Shown here: piece after piece, positions 1 through 11,354 of the stretch | How the letters are laid out: the number at the start of each line of letters is the position of its first letter | Position numbering within the stretch: the stretch's first letter is position 1 | NCBI GenBank assembly: GCA_043228905.1 | Contig: JBHGNT010000022.1 | Location: 10,726,001 to 10,790,000 of the forward strand | Reading direction: 5' to 3' | Length of the DNA stretch: 64,000 nucleotides | Source: Azolla caroliniana | Taxonomy: Eukaryota > Plantae > Polypodiophyta | Notes under the pieces: generated by a model | The model's input: only the letters and a program-made list of their open reading frames with translations | Told to the model about the DNA's origin: nothing | Database searches by the model: none | Position numbers and translations under genes: made by a program

Positions 1-3000
1 CTTTTCATTCAGCCGTTCCCGTAGTTGGATCCGTAAGCTTGGTACCTGAAATTCCACCGGCATGACCGCCTCTAAGCCGAACGCTAACCGGAACGGCCGG
101 CAAGGAGTCCAAAATACGGAGTGAAGGAATTAATTAAGTATGGTTGTAAATAAGCATAGTGTGGACGGACGGACTGGAAACGGTATGCCGTTCGGTACGC
201 CCATAGCGCGCTATGGAGCTTTGTATCCCAGTCCGTCTGGTTTTCATTGACGATTTTGCGGAGAATGTTCTGCAGCGTTTTGTTGGTGGACTCTGCTAAC
301 CCGTTCGCTTGTGGGTAGTACGGTGTGCTCCGTTTATGGACCACGGCATAGAACGTTGTTAAGCTTTCAACTACCTGGCCGAGGAAGTGCCCTCCTTGGT
401 CGTTGATTAATTCAATCGGACATCCATATCGGCACCAAATGTTTTCGTACAGGAATTTTGCTGTGGATGACACGGTGTTGTCTCTCAAGGCCTTAGCCTC
501 CACCCATTTAGTGCAATAATCTGTTGCCACGATGACATAACGATTACCCGTTCTCATTGCCGGTGGCTTGAACGGTCTGACAAAATCCAACCCCCACTTC
601 TGGAATGGCTCTAGTGGAAGTACCGGTTGGTGTGGCATCCGTGCTTGCTCCGTAGGCTGGCCCATTCGTTGGCATAGGTCACATTCCTTAGCATACTTGA
701 CGGCGTCTTTTAACGTCGTGGGCCACCATAAGCCGCTCTGCCATACTTTCCTTGCCGTCGCTTCCCCGGCATAGTGTCCTCCGGCAACCCCACAGTGTGC
801 TTCCCGTAAGATTACTTGTTTCTCGTCACTACGGACTGCCCGTCTCCATATTCCATCTGCTCCCTTGTGGTAGAGAGTGTCCCGTAACAGACAGAAATTG
901 CGGCTCTGCACCGCCAGTCGTTTCCTCTCGTCCCGGTTCATTTCCTCTGGTGGCAGGCCCGTGCTTAGGAACTGGTGCATGTTTGTCAGCCACCTATCTT
1001 CTGATGCCACCGTGTCGTCCGCTGCCGTTTCCGGGGTGATACGGAATAACTCTGCGTCCGGGAATTCATCCGATACTCCGTCGCCTGATTCTCCGGACTC
1101 TAACCGGCTCAGGTAGTCTGCTACGGCATGCTGGATACCGGGCCGGTGGAAGATCTCGAATTCGAACTCCTGCAACAGCAAGGTCCAACGGGCCAACTTA
1201 CCGGTCAGGGACGCCTTGGACACTAAGTACAGGAGCGCCGAGTGATCCACATGAAAGGAGAACTTCCTTCCCAATAGGTAATGACGAAACTTTGTGATAC
1301 TGTAGATCATGCCCAGGGCCTCCCGTTCCGTAGTCGAATAGTTCTTCTCCGCTTGGGACAGCTTCCGGCTGGCGTAATATACCGGCCGGTACCATTTGGG
1401 CTCCGTAAGTTGCATTAAGGCGCTGCCGATAGCGATGTCGGAAGCATCAACGAACACATGAAATTCCTTGCTCCAATCCGGAGGCTGCACGACGGGTGCT
1501 TGCGACAAAAGTACCTTCAGGGCATTGTATGCCTTATCCTCCGTATCCGTCCATTGGAACGGTGTCCGATGTACCGCGGTGTGTAATGGTGTAGCCAAGT
1601 CAGCCAAGTGACGGAGCATCCGGCTGTGCCACCGGATCTGTCCTAAGAATCGGCTTAGTGCTTTGGCCGTTTTCGGCGCCGGTGCCCCTAGTATCGCGTT
1701 TACTTTGTCCGGGTCGACCGCAATGCCCTCCTTACTTACAATGTGTCCCAGTAAGATTCCACTTGACACCCCAAAGGTGCATTTTGCTGGGTTTAAGCTT
1801 AGCCGGTATAACCTACACTTTTCAAGGCATAACCGTAGGTGCTGCAAATGGTCTTTTTCCCGGCTATAGACTGCAAAGTCATCCAGGAAAACCTGCATGA
1901 AGGCTGGAATGTATTCGTCGAAGATCTCCATGATGATTTGCTGGAAAGTTGCTGGTGCCGTTTTTAGTCCGAACATCATTACTACGGCCACAAACACCCC
2001 CCATTCGGTGACGAACGCTGTCTTCTCCTGGTCGTCAGGGTGCATCCGGATTTGATTGTATCCGCTGAACCCGTCTAAAAAGCTATAAACTTCATGGCCG
2101 GCGACGGCATTCAGTACTCCATCCGTGAACGGAAGAGGGAATGCATCCGTAATTGTGGCTGCATTTAGTTTTCTGTAATCTACACACACGCGGATTTTAC
2201 CGTTCTTCTTTGGGACGACGACGATGGCGCTCAGCAACATCGCTTTCTTTACCGGCCGGATGAAGCCCACTCTTAGGAGTTTGTCGATTTCCTCCACTTT
2301 GGCGGCGTAGTTGGGGTACATTCGGTAACGTCTTTGCGCCACTGGTTTCGCGTCCTTGCCTAAGTGGATCTGATGCTGATATAATTGAGGGTCCAGCCCT
2401 CGCATGTCTTCGTATGACCAGGCGAATACGTCGCGAAACTCCGTGAGAAGTTTGATCATTGCCGCTTTATCTTCCGGCTTCATTTCTTTGGCGATGTGTA
2501 CCGGCTTTGATTCGTCCTTGCTTCCTAGGTTCACTTCGTCGAGCTGGGATGTTTTTACCCGTTGGGAAACGGCCATTTCCCGTTCCAACGCTTCCTGTGC
2601 TTGCCGTAATTCCCGAATCGCATCTTTGTCTGGTTCGGCTACGGTTTCGTCCCGCTGCGGCAAGTATGGCGCTACGGCTTCAGCTACGTCAATCTCGAAG
2701 AGTGGTACGATCTTTGGGTGTTCCTCCAAGTACTGGGCTTCTTCGTCGTCTGCCAACCCTTCAAGCATGTTCACGCATTCCGCATACAGCGGTGTGCATT
2801 CCTTACCGTTGCTCGTCCGTGGTTGTGTCGGTACCCGGACCTTGGCTTTTCCGCGCCGGAAGGTAATCATATTTTTCCGCCAATTTTGCTTGATGTGAGC
2901 TGTTTTCAACCATGGTCTGCCCAGCAACAGTGGGTACGCGCCTTGCGCCTGTAGCTGTAGCACTACAGCCGAGATGTGAAATGTGTGACCTCCTATGGTG

Positions 3001-3335
3001 ACTTCCAATTTCTGTATTAAGCCCGTCGGCCGTACAGAGCTCGTATCCGCCATCCGTAGCCAGAACGGATATGGCTCCCATTCATGTATACCCAAGGCAT
3101 CACACGTGCGGAGGCTTATTACGTTCACTCCGGAACCTCCATCGATTACTGTGCTGGGAAGTTCGTGCCCTTTGACAATAGCTGTAATCACCGGACTACT
3201 AGTGTCCACCACCGTCGGTCCCTCCTCCGGATTGGAGAAGAGGACTGGTGCCGGTGGGCCTACACCGTCTGTCATGACCGTTTTTAGTCCTTCCGTAAAT
3301 CGCGGCACGAGCTGCAAGAGTTTTCCTAATGGCAA
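1..3335 (-). pseudogene. Gypsy A pol (protease, RT, RNase H, integrase), integrase broken by an inverted LTR insert at 94-193
   Basis: Motifs DGGSGVN (PR), FLDD (RT), DASD (RH), HCGVAGGH..CDLC (INT zinc finger) and YYPQANG. Integrase resumes as PFRLAFGLEAVMPVEF below position ~97. Confidence 0.92.
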
Positions 3336-3454
3336 CGTGATCTGACATTCTTGCAGTGCTTGCCATGTCTCATTTCTGCGTGGCTACCGCCGGCACTCCC
3401 TATGGTATTCGCCTTTTGCCGTTCCGCGTCCGCGACGTTCCTTTCATTGGCTTC

Positions 3455-3840
3455 CTATTTTCGTATGGCCTCTTGTGTTTCCCACTCTTTGGCCATGCCT
3501 TTCGACCGTGTGGTTACTTGCTGTAAATCCGCCACTTCCGGAACCACCATATTAACTGCTAGTCGTTTATCGTAGCTCTTTGCCGGGCACTGGTTACTGT
3601 AGTGGCCTTCCTGCCTACAGTAGTAGCAGTACTCTTTACGGGTATTGCTACATTCAGCATTGCTGGTAGCCGGAGTCGGTCCCGTAGTGAGTGGTGCGTT
3701 CTGTGCCGGTTGGCTCCTTGGGGTTCCATGTTCCGGGTCCCTAGTGTGACCACCTTTCTTGAAATTACGTTTCTTATTGTTCTTTTTATTTCGGTAGTCT
3801 TGTCGTGGTGGATCGTAACATCGGCCGTAGTCCTCCTGGT
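3455..3840 (-). pseudogene. Gypsy A gag 3' part with a CCHC knuckle
   Basis: CYYCRQEGHYSNQC. Joins 9309-10884 in frame (..YRRHQ|EDYGR..) once Copia B and one TSD copy are removed; ends in TAG. Confidence 0.88.
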
Positions 3841-4484
3841 TGTTGAAAAACAGTGCTCGGCCACAACCGAGGAATGGGATCAACTCACAGAAAACAGGAA
3901 ATAGAAAATGCACAAAACAATAGAGAGAAAGGTACACTGGATGTTTTACGTGGAAAACCCTAAATGGGAAAAACCACGGGAGTCCTCAAACTCCAACTAT
4001 CACTATGAATAGGGATGTACACTGGTGAAGCTACAAGGCAGCAACCTTGAGCTCACTGTCTTCGCCACAGGCGGCGGTAATACACAGAGGCAACGACCTC
4101 TTCGTCTCTCACTCTCTCTCTCGGCTGCTCTCACTTCTCATGAAAAATGAGCAACAACATAAAACTGTTTGCCCTAAGTCATATTTATACACATATGACT
4201 TTCGGGCTATTTACAAATATAGCCTCAAGGGCTCTTGGCAAACATATTCACAAATATGTCTCCGCATCCGGATCTCTCTCCGGGTACATTCATCATCCGG
4301 TTCCGTAACCGGGGTCTTCATCATCCGGCTCCGTAACCGGGGTCTTCATCATCCGGCTCCGTAACCAGGGTCTTCATCATCCGGTTCCGTAACCGGGGTC
4401 TTCATCATCCGGCTCCGTAACTGCAACTGGGCTTGCCGTCATTCATCTCCGGACATCCCATCCGGAGGGACCGAAATCCCAACA
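3841..4484 (-). repeat. Copia B 3' LTR (644 bp); PPT AGGGGGAGTT at 4485-4494
   Basis: Near-identical to 8603-9303. Confidence 0.96.
4289..4421. repeat. 28-bp tandem repeat in Copia B U3 (4 units plus a partial)
   Basis: Unit TTCATCATCCGGYTCCGTAACCRGGGTC. Confidence 0.95.
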
Positions 4485-4494
4485 AACTCCCCCT

Positions 4495-7400
4495 TCACTT
4501 CGGCATGGGATGTCTCTCCAGTCCGATCCTCTTCCGGCATGCTTCCAGCTTGTCGGGTGTGAGCACCTTGGTCAGCATATCCGACCCGTTCTCGTCCGTG
4601 TGGACCTTCGTCAGCTCGAACTCCTTGTCTTCTATCCTTTCCCGGATCCAGTGATATCTTCGCTGGATGTGCTTCGTCCGGGAGTGATAAGCCGCGTTCT
4701 TCGCAAGGTGGATGGCACTCTGACTGTCGCAGTAGAGTCGGTACTCCTCCTGCTGGATACCGAGCTCTCTAATGAAGTCCTTCATCCATATTATTTCCTT
4801 GCCGGCTTCAACAGCTGCCATGTACTCCGCCTCCGTGGTTGACAACGCAACCATCTTCTGCAGCCTCGACTGCCACGAAACGGCTCCCCCTGCACAGGTC
4901 ATCACATACCCTGATGTGGACCGGCTGGTATCTGCATCAGCCGACATATCCGAATCGGTGAAGCCGTCGAGTTCGGGCTTACCGGAGCCGAATCGGAGGC
5001 ACACGTTTGCCGTGCCCTTCAGGTATCGGAGTATCCACTTGACCGCGTTCCAATGCTCTTTGCCGGGATTGCTCATGTACCGGCTCACCACTCCGACTGC
5101 GTATCCAATGTCTGGTCTTGTACACACCATTGCGTACATCAGGCTTCCGACAGCAGAGGCATATGGTACTTTCATCATGTCCTCTTTCTCAGCCTTTGTC
5201 CTAGGGCTTTGCTTGCTGGACAGCTTGCAGTTTGCCGGGAGGGTTGATCCGACCGGTCTTGCTTCCGACATGTTGAACCGTTGAAGCACCTTTGTCACGT
5301 ACTTCTCCTGCGACAGCCACAACTGCTTCTTGCTCCGGTCCCGGATGATGTGCATCCCTAGTATTTGTCTCGCTGGACCCAAGTCCTTCATTGAGAAGGT
5401 TCGGTGAAGAGCCTTCTTCAGCATCCGTATCTTGACCTGGTCCCGTCCGACGATCAACATGTCGTCCACGTACAGGAGGAGTATTAGAGAGTCTCCTCCT
5501 TCGAACTTCTTCACAAACACGCAGTGATCAGACTGCGTTTTGTGGTACCCTTCGTCGGTCATGAAGGAGTCGAACTTCCGGTACCATTGCCGGGGAGCCT
5601 GCTTCAGTCCGTAAAGGCTCTTCTTCAACCGGCATACCAGGTGCTCCTTCCCTTTCTTCTCGAATCCTTCCGGTTGCTGCATGTAGATCTCTTCTTCGAG
5701 GTCACCGTGAAGGAATGCCGTCTTCACGTCCATCTGTTCTACCTCGAGGTCCATACTTGCCGCTATGCTCAGCACCGTCCGGATGGAGGTCATCTTCACT
5801 ACCGGGGCAAATATCTCGTCGAAGTCGACGCCCTTCTTCTGCTGAAACCCCTTCACCACGATCCTGGCTTTGTATCTCGGGGGGTTTCCGGCATCTCCCG
5901 GTTTCAGCTTGAACACCCACTTGTTTCGAAGTGCCCGCTTTCCTTTCGGCAACTCCATAAGTTCATATGTGTGGTTCTCATGCAGGGAATCCATCTCGTC
6001 CTGCATGGCACTCAACCACTTGCGGCTCTGGGTGTCGTGCTTTGCTTCTTCAAAGCTCTCCGGCTCCCCCTCGTCGGTTAGCAGCACGTGCTCTGGTTCC
6101 GGAAATCTCCGAGGGGCCCTTCTCTCTCTTAGAGGATATCTCCGTTCGGGAGCTTCGGTAACCGGTTCTTCCGATTCTTCTTCTTCATCTGAATCCATTT
6201 CGGGATCGGGGCCGGTTCCGGTATCATTTTCATCTTCTTCGGCCGGTTCTATTTCTTCACCGTCTTCGGCCGGATCCTCGAGTGCTAACCGGTCCCTTGC
6301 CGGTCGGGACTGCTCCTCGTAGAGTTGATCCTCACCGGTCGACTTTGAGCTCTTCATCTTCTTCTCCGACTCCCAGTCGGCGAGTGTCTTGTCCTCCATG
6401 AAGATGATGTCTCGACTCCTGAATATCTTCTTGTCGACCGGGTCCCATACTCGGTAGCCGAACTCGTCGTCACCGTAACCGAGGAATATGCATGGCCGGG
6501 TCTTTGGATCTAGCTTTCCTCTCCGGTCCTTTGCCACATGCACGTATGCGAGACACCCGAACACCTTCAGATGCCGGTAGGATACTTCCCTACCGGTCCA
6601 CACTCTCTGCGGCGTGTCTCCGTCCAAAGGTACTGAGGGTGATCTGTTTATCACGTATGTCGCCGTCGACATCGCCTCAGCCCAAAACCCCTTGGGTAAT
6701 TTCGCATGCGCCAGCATACTCCGGACCCTCTCCATTATGGTCCGGTTCATCCTCTCGGCCAGCCCGTTCAGTTCCGGCGTCTTCGGCACAGTAAACTCGA
6801 GCCGGATTCCCTTCGAGCGACAGTACTCCTGGAACTGCCCCCGGTATTCCCCTCCGTTATCCGCTCGTATCGCTTTCAGCTTCTTGCCGGATTCCCTTTC
6901 CACTCTCGCGTGGAGTTCTTTGAAGACGGACAACACTTGGTCCTTTGTCTTCAACGGTGCCGTCCACAGCTTCCGGCTGTGGTCATCAATGAATGTCACG
7001 AAGTACTGGGCTCCGCCATGTGACTTCGTTTCTACCTGACACACATCAGTGTGCACCAGCTCCAATGGTGCGCTACGTCTCGTCAGTGGCCTTGAGTGGA
7101 AGGAGGTCCGGTTTTGCTTACCGGCCAGGCAGTCGGTGCACTTCTCCAGGTGCACATGCTTCACTGGAATAAGGTTGTCTTCTGCAAGCCTCTTCATCCC
7201 CTTCTCACTCATGTGGCACAGTCTCTTGTGCCACAGCTCACCGGCAGTGTCGGCTGCCACGTTCAGCTCCTCCGGACAGAGCCGGGAATTCATCAGGTAC
7301 AGGGTGTTGACCTTCCGGGCCCGAGCCACTATCAGGCTCCCTTTGCTGAACTTCATGACACCGTTCCGGATGCTACCCGTGTAGCCTTCATCGTCTAGCC

Positions 7401-8571
7401 TCCCGGCCGAAATCAGGTTCAATCGAACCTCCGGAACGTGTCGAACATCCTTCAGCAGCATTTTGCATCCGGTCGGGGTTGTCAACCACACGTCTCCTAT
7501 GCCGGCAATCCGGCACGTACCTTCATTCCCCATCCGAACACAGCCATGCTCACCGGCTGTGTAGGATGAGAAGTATCTTCTCTCCGGGGTCAGGTGGAAC
7601 GATGCTCCGGAATCGACCACCCAGGTCGTCTCATCGCCGGCAACGTTTAGTTCACCTTCTTCGGTGATGAGCATGATTTCTTCCTCACTTGCCGCGAGTG
7701 CCGTTGTTCCTTTCCGGTCCTGCCCTCGCCGATCCGAACCTCTCCGGTCCGTGGCTCCCCGGTATGCACCGTTTCTCTCCGGTGACTTCTTCGAATCGGT
7801 GTCGTCGGCTCCGTTGTCCTTTCGGTAATGCCGACAATTCTTCCGGAAGTGCCCCGGCTTCCCACAGTGGAAGCATGTGGGCCTTCCTCTTGGCTGCGAC
7901 CGGGTCCCCGACTTCTCTCGTCTTTGCGGACTCCGGTGCCATTGTCTTCCCCGATCCGATTCGGTAAGCAGCGCCTTCGAGTCGGAGACCGGTTCTTTAT
8001 CTCTCCGACGCGCTTCTTCGTTCAAAATACTTGTCTTTACCGTTTGTAGGGACAAGTTATCTTCCGTGCAGGAGGTGCTGAGAGTCACCACCAAGTTCTC
8101 CCAGCTTTCCGGCAATGTACACATCAGGATGATGGCTTGCATTGCATCCTCCAACGGGAACTTGATCGCCGCAAGCTGGTTCACGAATCCCATGAACGTG
8201 CTTACGTGTTCCACCATACTCTCGCCGTCCCGGTACTTGAGGTTCACTATCTTTCTCATCAGGGAGGTCCGGTTCAACGCATTCTTCCTCTCGTAGAGGC
8301 CCGACAGCTTCCTCCACATCTCATATGCGTTGGTGTCGTTCGCCACGTGTTGTAGAACGCTCACGTCGACGTATTGCCGAATGGTTGCAACGGCTTTCCG
8401 GTTCAGAAGCCTCCACTCCGTCTCAAGTACCCCCTTGGGTATTTCCGACCTGTCGATCGGTTCATACAGGTCCCGAACAATGAGCAGATCCTCCATCTTT
8501 ATCTTCCAGTCGGCGTAGTTCTGCGCGTTCAGCACCATCATGCCCGGAGGCCCACTACCGCCGCCTTCCAT
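4495..8571 (-). CDS. Copia gag-pol polyprotein, intact (likely start MEGGGSG at 8571)
   Basis: CFHCGKPGHFRKNC knuckle, DSGAS protease, GAG-pre-integrase LWHKRLCH, integrase, RT YVDD, RNase H; no stops. Confidence 0.95.
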   Translation of the reverse strand: MEGGGSGPPGMMVLNAQNYADWKIKMEDLLIVRDLYEPIDRSEIPKGVLETEWRLLNRKAVATIRQYVDVSVLQHVANDTNAYEMWRKLSGLYERKNALNRTSLMRKIVNLKYRDGESMVEHVSTFMGFVNQLAAIKFPLEDAMQAIILMCTLPESWENLVVTLSTSCTEDNLSLQTVKTSILNEEARRRDKEPVSDSKALLTESDRGRQWHRSPQRREKSGTRSQPRGRPTCFHCGKPGHFRKNCRHYRKDNGADDTDSKKSPERNGAYRGATDRRGSDRRGQDRKGTTALAASEEEIMLITEEGELNVAGDETTWVVDSGASFHLTPERRYFSSYTAGEHGCVRMGNEGTCRIAGIGDVWLTTPTGCKMLLKDVRHVPEVRLNLISAGRLDDEGYTGSIRNGVMKFSKGSLIVARARKVNTLYLMNSRLCPEELNVAADTAGELWHKRLCHMSEKGMKRLAEDNLIPVKHVHLEKCTDCLAGKQNRTSFHSRPLTRRSAPLELVHTDVCQVETKSHGGAQYFVTFIDDHSRKLWTAPLKTKDQVLSVFKELHARVERESGKKLKAIRADNGGEYRGQFQEYCRSKGIRLEFTVPKTPELNGLAERMNRTIMERVRSMLAHAKLPKGFWAEAMSTATYVINRSPSVPLDGDTPQRVWTGREVSYRHLKVFGCLAYVHVAKDRRGKLDPKTRPCIFLGYGDDEFGYRVWDPVDKKIFRSRDIIFMEDKTLADWESEKKMKSSKSTGEDQLYEEQSRPARDRLALEDPAEDGEEIEPAEEDENDTGTGPDPEMDSDEEEESEEPVTEAPERRYPLRERRAPRRFPEPEHVLLTDEGEPESFEEAKHDTQSRKWLSAMQDEMDSLHENHTYELMELPKGKRALRNKWVFKLKPGDAGNPPRYKARIVVKGFQQKKGVDFDEIFAPVVKMTSIRTVLSIAASMDLEVEQMDVKTAFLHGDLEEEIYMQQPEGFEKKGKEHLVCRLKKSLYGLKQAPRQWYRKFDSFMTDEGYHKTQSDHCVFVKKFEGGDSLILLLYVDDMLIVGRDQVKIRMLKKALHRTFSMKDLGPARQILGMHIIRDRSKKQLWLSQEKYVTKVLQRFNMSEARPVGSTLPANCKLSSKQSPRTKAEKEDMMKVPYASAVGSLMYAMVCTRPDIGYAVGVVSRYMSNPGKEHWNAVKWILRYLKGTANVCLRFGSGKPELDGFTDSDMSADADTSRSTSGYVMTCAGGAVSWQSRLQKMVALSTTEAEYMAAVEAGKEIIWMKDFIRELGIQQEEYRLYCDSQSAIHLAKNAAYHSRTKHIQRRYHWIRERIEDKEFELTKVHTDENGSDMLTKVLTPDKLEACRKRIGLERHPMPK

Positions 8572-8587
8572 TTTCTGTGTTACCGTC

Positions 8588-8599
8588 GCTCTGATACCA
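8588..8599 (-). promoter_or_regulatory. PBS for tRNA-iMet (TGGTATCAGAGC)
   Basis: Canonical sequence 3 nt from the 5' LTR. Confidence 0.95.
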
Positions 8600-8602
8600 G
8601 TT

Positions 8603-9303
8603 TGTTGAAAAACAGTGCTCGGCCACAACCGAGGAATGGGATCAACTCACAGAAAACAGGAAATAGAAAATGCACAAAAACAATAGAGAGAAAGGTACAC
8701 TGGATGTTTTACGTGGAAAACCCTAAATGGGAAAAACCACGGGAGTCCTCAAACTCCAACTATCACTATGAATAGGGATGTACACTGGTGAAGCTACAAG
8801 GCAGCAACCTTGAGCTCACTGTCTTCGCCACAGGCGGCGGTAATACACAGAGGCAACGACCTCTTCGTCTCTCACTCTCTCTCTCGGCTGCTCTCACTTC
8901 TCATGAAAAATGAGCAACAACATAAAACTGTTTGCCCTAAGTCATATTTATACACATATGACTTTCGGGCTATTTACAAATATAGCCTCAAGGGCTCTTG
9001 GCAAACATATTCACAAATATGTCTCCGCATCCGGATCTCTCTCCGGGTACATTCATCATCCGGTTCCGTAACCGGGGTCTTCATCATCCGGCTCCGTAAC
9101 CGGGGTCTTCATCATCCGGCTCCGTAACCGGGGTCTTCATCATCCGGCTCCGTAACCGGGGTCTTCATCATCCGGCTCCGTAACCAGGGTCTTCATCATC
9201 CGGTTCCGTAACCGGGGTCTTCATCATCCGGCTCCGTAACTGCAACCGGGCTTGCCGTCATTCATCTCCGGACATCCCATCCGGAGGGACCGAAATCCCA
9301 ACA
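8603..9303 (-). repeat. Copia B 5' LTR (701 bp)
   Basis: Matches 3841-4484 plus two extra 28-bp units and a 1-bp indel. Confidence 0.96.
9052..9240. repeat. 28-bp tandem repeat in Copia B 5' LTR (6 units plus a partial)
   Basis: Same unit as 4289-4421. Confidence 0.95.
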
Positions 9304-9308
9304 CTGGT

Positions 9309-10884
9309 GCCTTCGGTAACCAGGGGAATGGTGTCTGTCGTATTGCTCGTGTCGTCTGTTGGACTCCCTATAATGGTCCGATCGCTCATACTGGTCGTAG
9401 TTATCATGCCGATCCCCGTACCGACCATTATTCTCTTGTCTGTCTCCGTACCGGACATCCTGTGCCGGTCGGTACCGGTTCATTCTTTGCCAACGATCGT
9501 CATCTTCGTCTCGGCTGCTTCTTGGCTCGATCCGTCGGACGGGTGGTGCTTGTCGGTTTAGCAGGTTATACTCGCACCGGTTCGTTGTATGACTCTTGGA
9601 TTGACAAATCACACACTGGGTTCGCATGGTGCACTCCACTGCCGAGTGTCCGGCATTCAAGCAGATTGTGCATTGAATTGCCTGCCGGAACCGGAGATCT
9701 TCATCGGTGGGTAACGCCCGTTGCAGTGTTCCCAGTGTAAGCCATGAGCTTGACTTTTCCATTTCTCTGACCCGGTCAATGACCTGGTCAATGGTGCTTC
9801 CTCGAAAGTCGATTACCGTACACACCATGCGTAACGGTTCCCGGAGTGCGTTTAAAAATATCGTCCGTAATTCCTCCTCCGGGGGTGCACGGGCAAGCTG
9901 GCTATGCATTCGTTGGAAACGGATGACGAATTGGGGAATGCTTTCCCCTGCCTCCTGTTGGATCGTATAAAACAGGCCCACCATCGTCGTCTGGTCGACC
10001 TCCTTGTGGAAAAAATGCAAGAATTTTGCTTTTAATTCTGCAAAGGTTGTGATGGTCGCCGGGTCCTGCGTCCGCCGCCATCGTGTCGCTGGTCCTTCCA
10101 ACGTGACCCCGAATTCCGCTATCTTCGAGCGTTCTTCTTCCTCCGGTGTCATTCGCTGGGACGCGTGATTTGCTTCCCATGTCTGCTCGAAGGCATGAAC
10201 ATGCGCTTCCGCGTCCGGATCATCGCGATACTTTGAGTATTGGAACGGCATGTCGTCGTCCAGTATTAGGCCGCGGTTTAGTGGCGTTTGTTGATATCTT
10301 TCCGGTTTTCTCTCCGGTTCCACTTCCGGTTCTTTTGCCGGTGCTTTTTCCGGTTCTTTTTCCGGTTCCTTCACCGGCTCTTCTTCCGGTACCTTCGCCG
10401 GCTCTTTCGTTGGTGTCGGTGGCTTTGCTTCTTCCACTTCCGGTGTTGGTGGGTTGACGGCTTCCGTTTGCGGTTCCGGATAGCCCTGGTCGAACGGTTC
10501 CGGTTCTGGAGTCGGCACGGTATCCGACCCGTCGTCCTTCGGGCCGCCGGGGGTATCGTTGCTACTTCGGTAGTTCGTGTGCACGCTGTATCCCCCTTCG
10601 GAATCCGATTCGTAGGCTGAAAAGGCTTCTGCCTCGTTTTCTCCGCTTGCCAACGCCTCGAGGAGGCGTTCGGTTTCCCGGAGACTACTTAGACTGCTTT
10701 CGTCGTCCTGGTCGTGAGTTTGCTGTAACCGAAGAGATTCCTCCGCGACTCTCCGGATCTCGTTGGAGAACGAACGATCCGAGCGAATTTCGTGCGCTGC
10801 TTGCTGGAAAGTCTCACGCCGTCTTTGCCGTTCGGCGAGGCGTCGAGCTCGGTCTGTAACCAGGTCGTGCGTTGGTCTCATCAT
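9309..10884 (-). pseudogene. Gypsy A gag 5' part
   Basis: Capsid-like region, PEK/PAK low-complexity tract and knuckles CTICLNAGHSAVEC and CVICQSKSHTTNRC; homologous to the Gypsy C gag. Confidence 0.88.
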
Positions 10885-10921
10885 CCATTAAGCCGTCGTT
10901 CGCTGCGAGAAAGCAGGAATC

Positions 10922-10931
10922 GTGGTCGCCA
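10922..10931 (-). promoter_or_regulatory. PBS TGGCGACCAC, probably tRNA-Arg(UCG)
   Basis: 4 nt from the LTR end; complementary to the ...GTGGTCGCCA 3' end recalled for plant tRNA-Arg(UCG). Confidence 0.7.
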
Positions 10932-10935
10932 AAAC

Positions 10936-11354
10936 TGTGTTCTTCTCTGACCGGACAAGGCCTAACACAAGGTGTCACGGAGACACTTCACCAAAGGGTG
11001 ATTACGGCATAGGATTATGACTCAACGATTACACCAACTTAAGTAGGTTACACGATTAGCGCTTATGTTAATTACACGCGTAAGATATAACAGTAATTAC
11101 AGAACGGAAATCAACACAGAAGTATACACACCATACGCTCTATTAATTATCCGCTGCGATTACAATGGGGTCCGGGCCTTTAAATAGGTTTCCGGCCCGT
11201 AATACAAAACGGTGCCTATCGCACCTATTCGGGATCCGTCCGGATCTGGAACGGCATACCGTTTCCAGTCCGTCCGTCCACACTATGCTTATTTACAACC
11301 ATACTTAATTAATTCCTTCACTCCGTATTTTGGACTCCTTGTCGGCCGGTAACA
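10936..11354 (-). repeat. Gypsy A 5' LTR (~419 bp)
   Basis: Minus strand TGTTACCGG...GAACACA, followed by the PBS. Confidence 0.85.

Larger units (their letters stand above)
3841..9303 (-). mobile_element. Complete Copia (Ty1/Tnt1-like) LTR retrotransposon B
   Basis: Two TG..CA LTRs, TSD CTGGT at 3836-3840 and 9304-9308, PBS, PPT and an uninterrupted polyprotein ORF. Confidence 0.98.
1..11354 (-). mobile_element. Gypsy LTR retrotransposon A (non-chromovirus-like), disrupted; 3' end lies left of the window
   Basis: Order gag-PR-RT-RH-INT on the minus strand, with a TG..CA LTR at 10936-11354 and a PBS next to it. Split by Copia B. Confidence 0.93.

Noticed and set aside
4289-4421. 28-bp CRISPR-like repeats
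   Set aside because: Head-to-tail with no spacers and inside an LTR.
8572-8628. N-terminal 19 aa of the 1377-aa ORF
   Set aside because: Starts at a non-ATG codon inside the LTR and crosses the PBS; ATG at 8571 is more plausible.
568-10859. Numerous short ORFs antisense to the gag and pol genes of A and B
   Set aside because: Shadow ORFs of GC-rich coding strands with no recognisable motifs.
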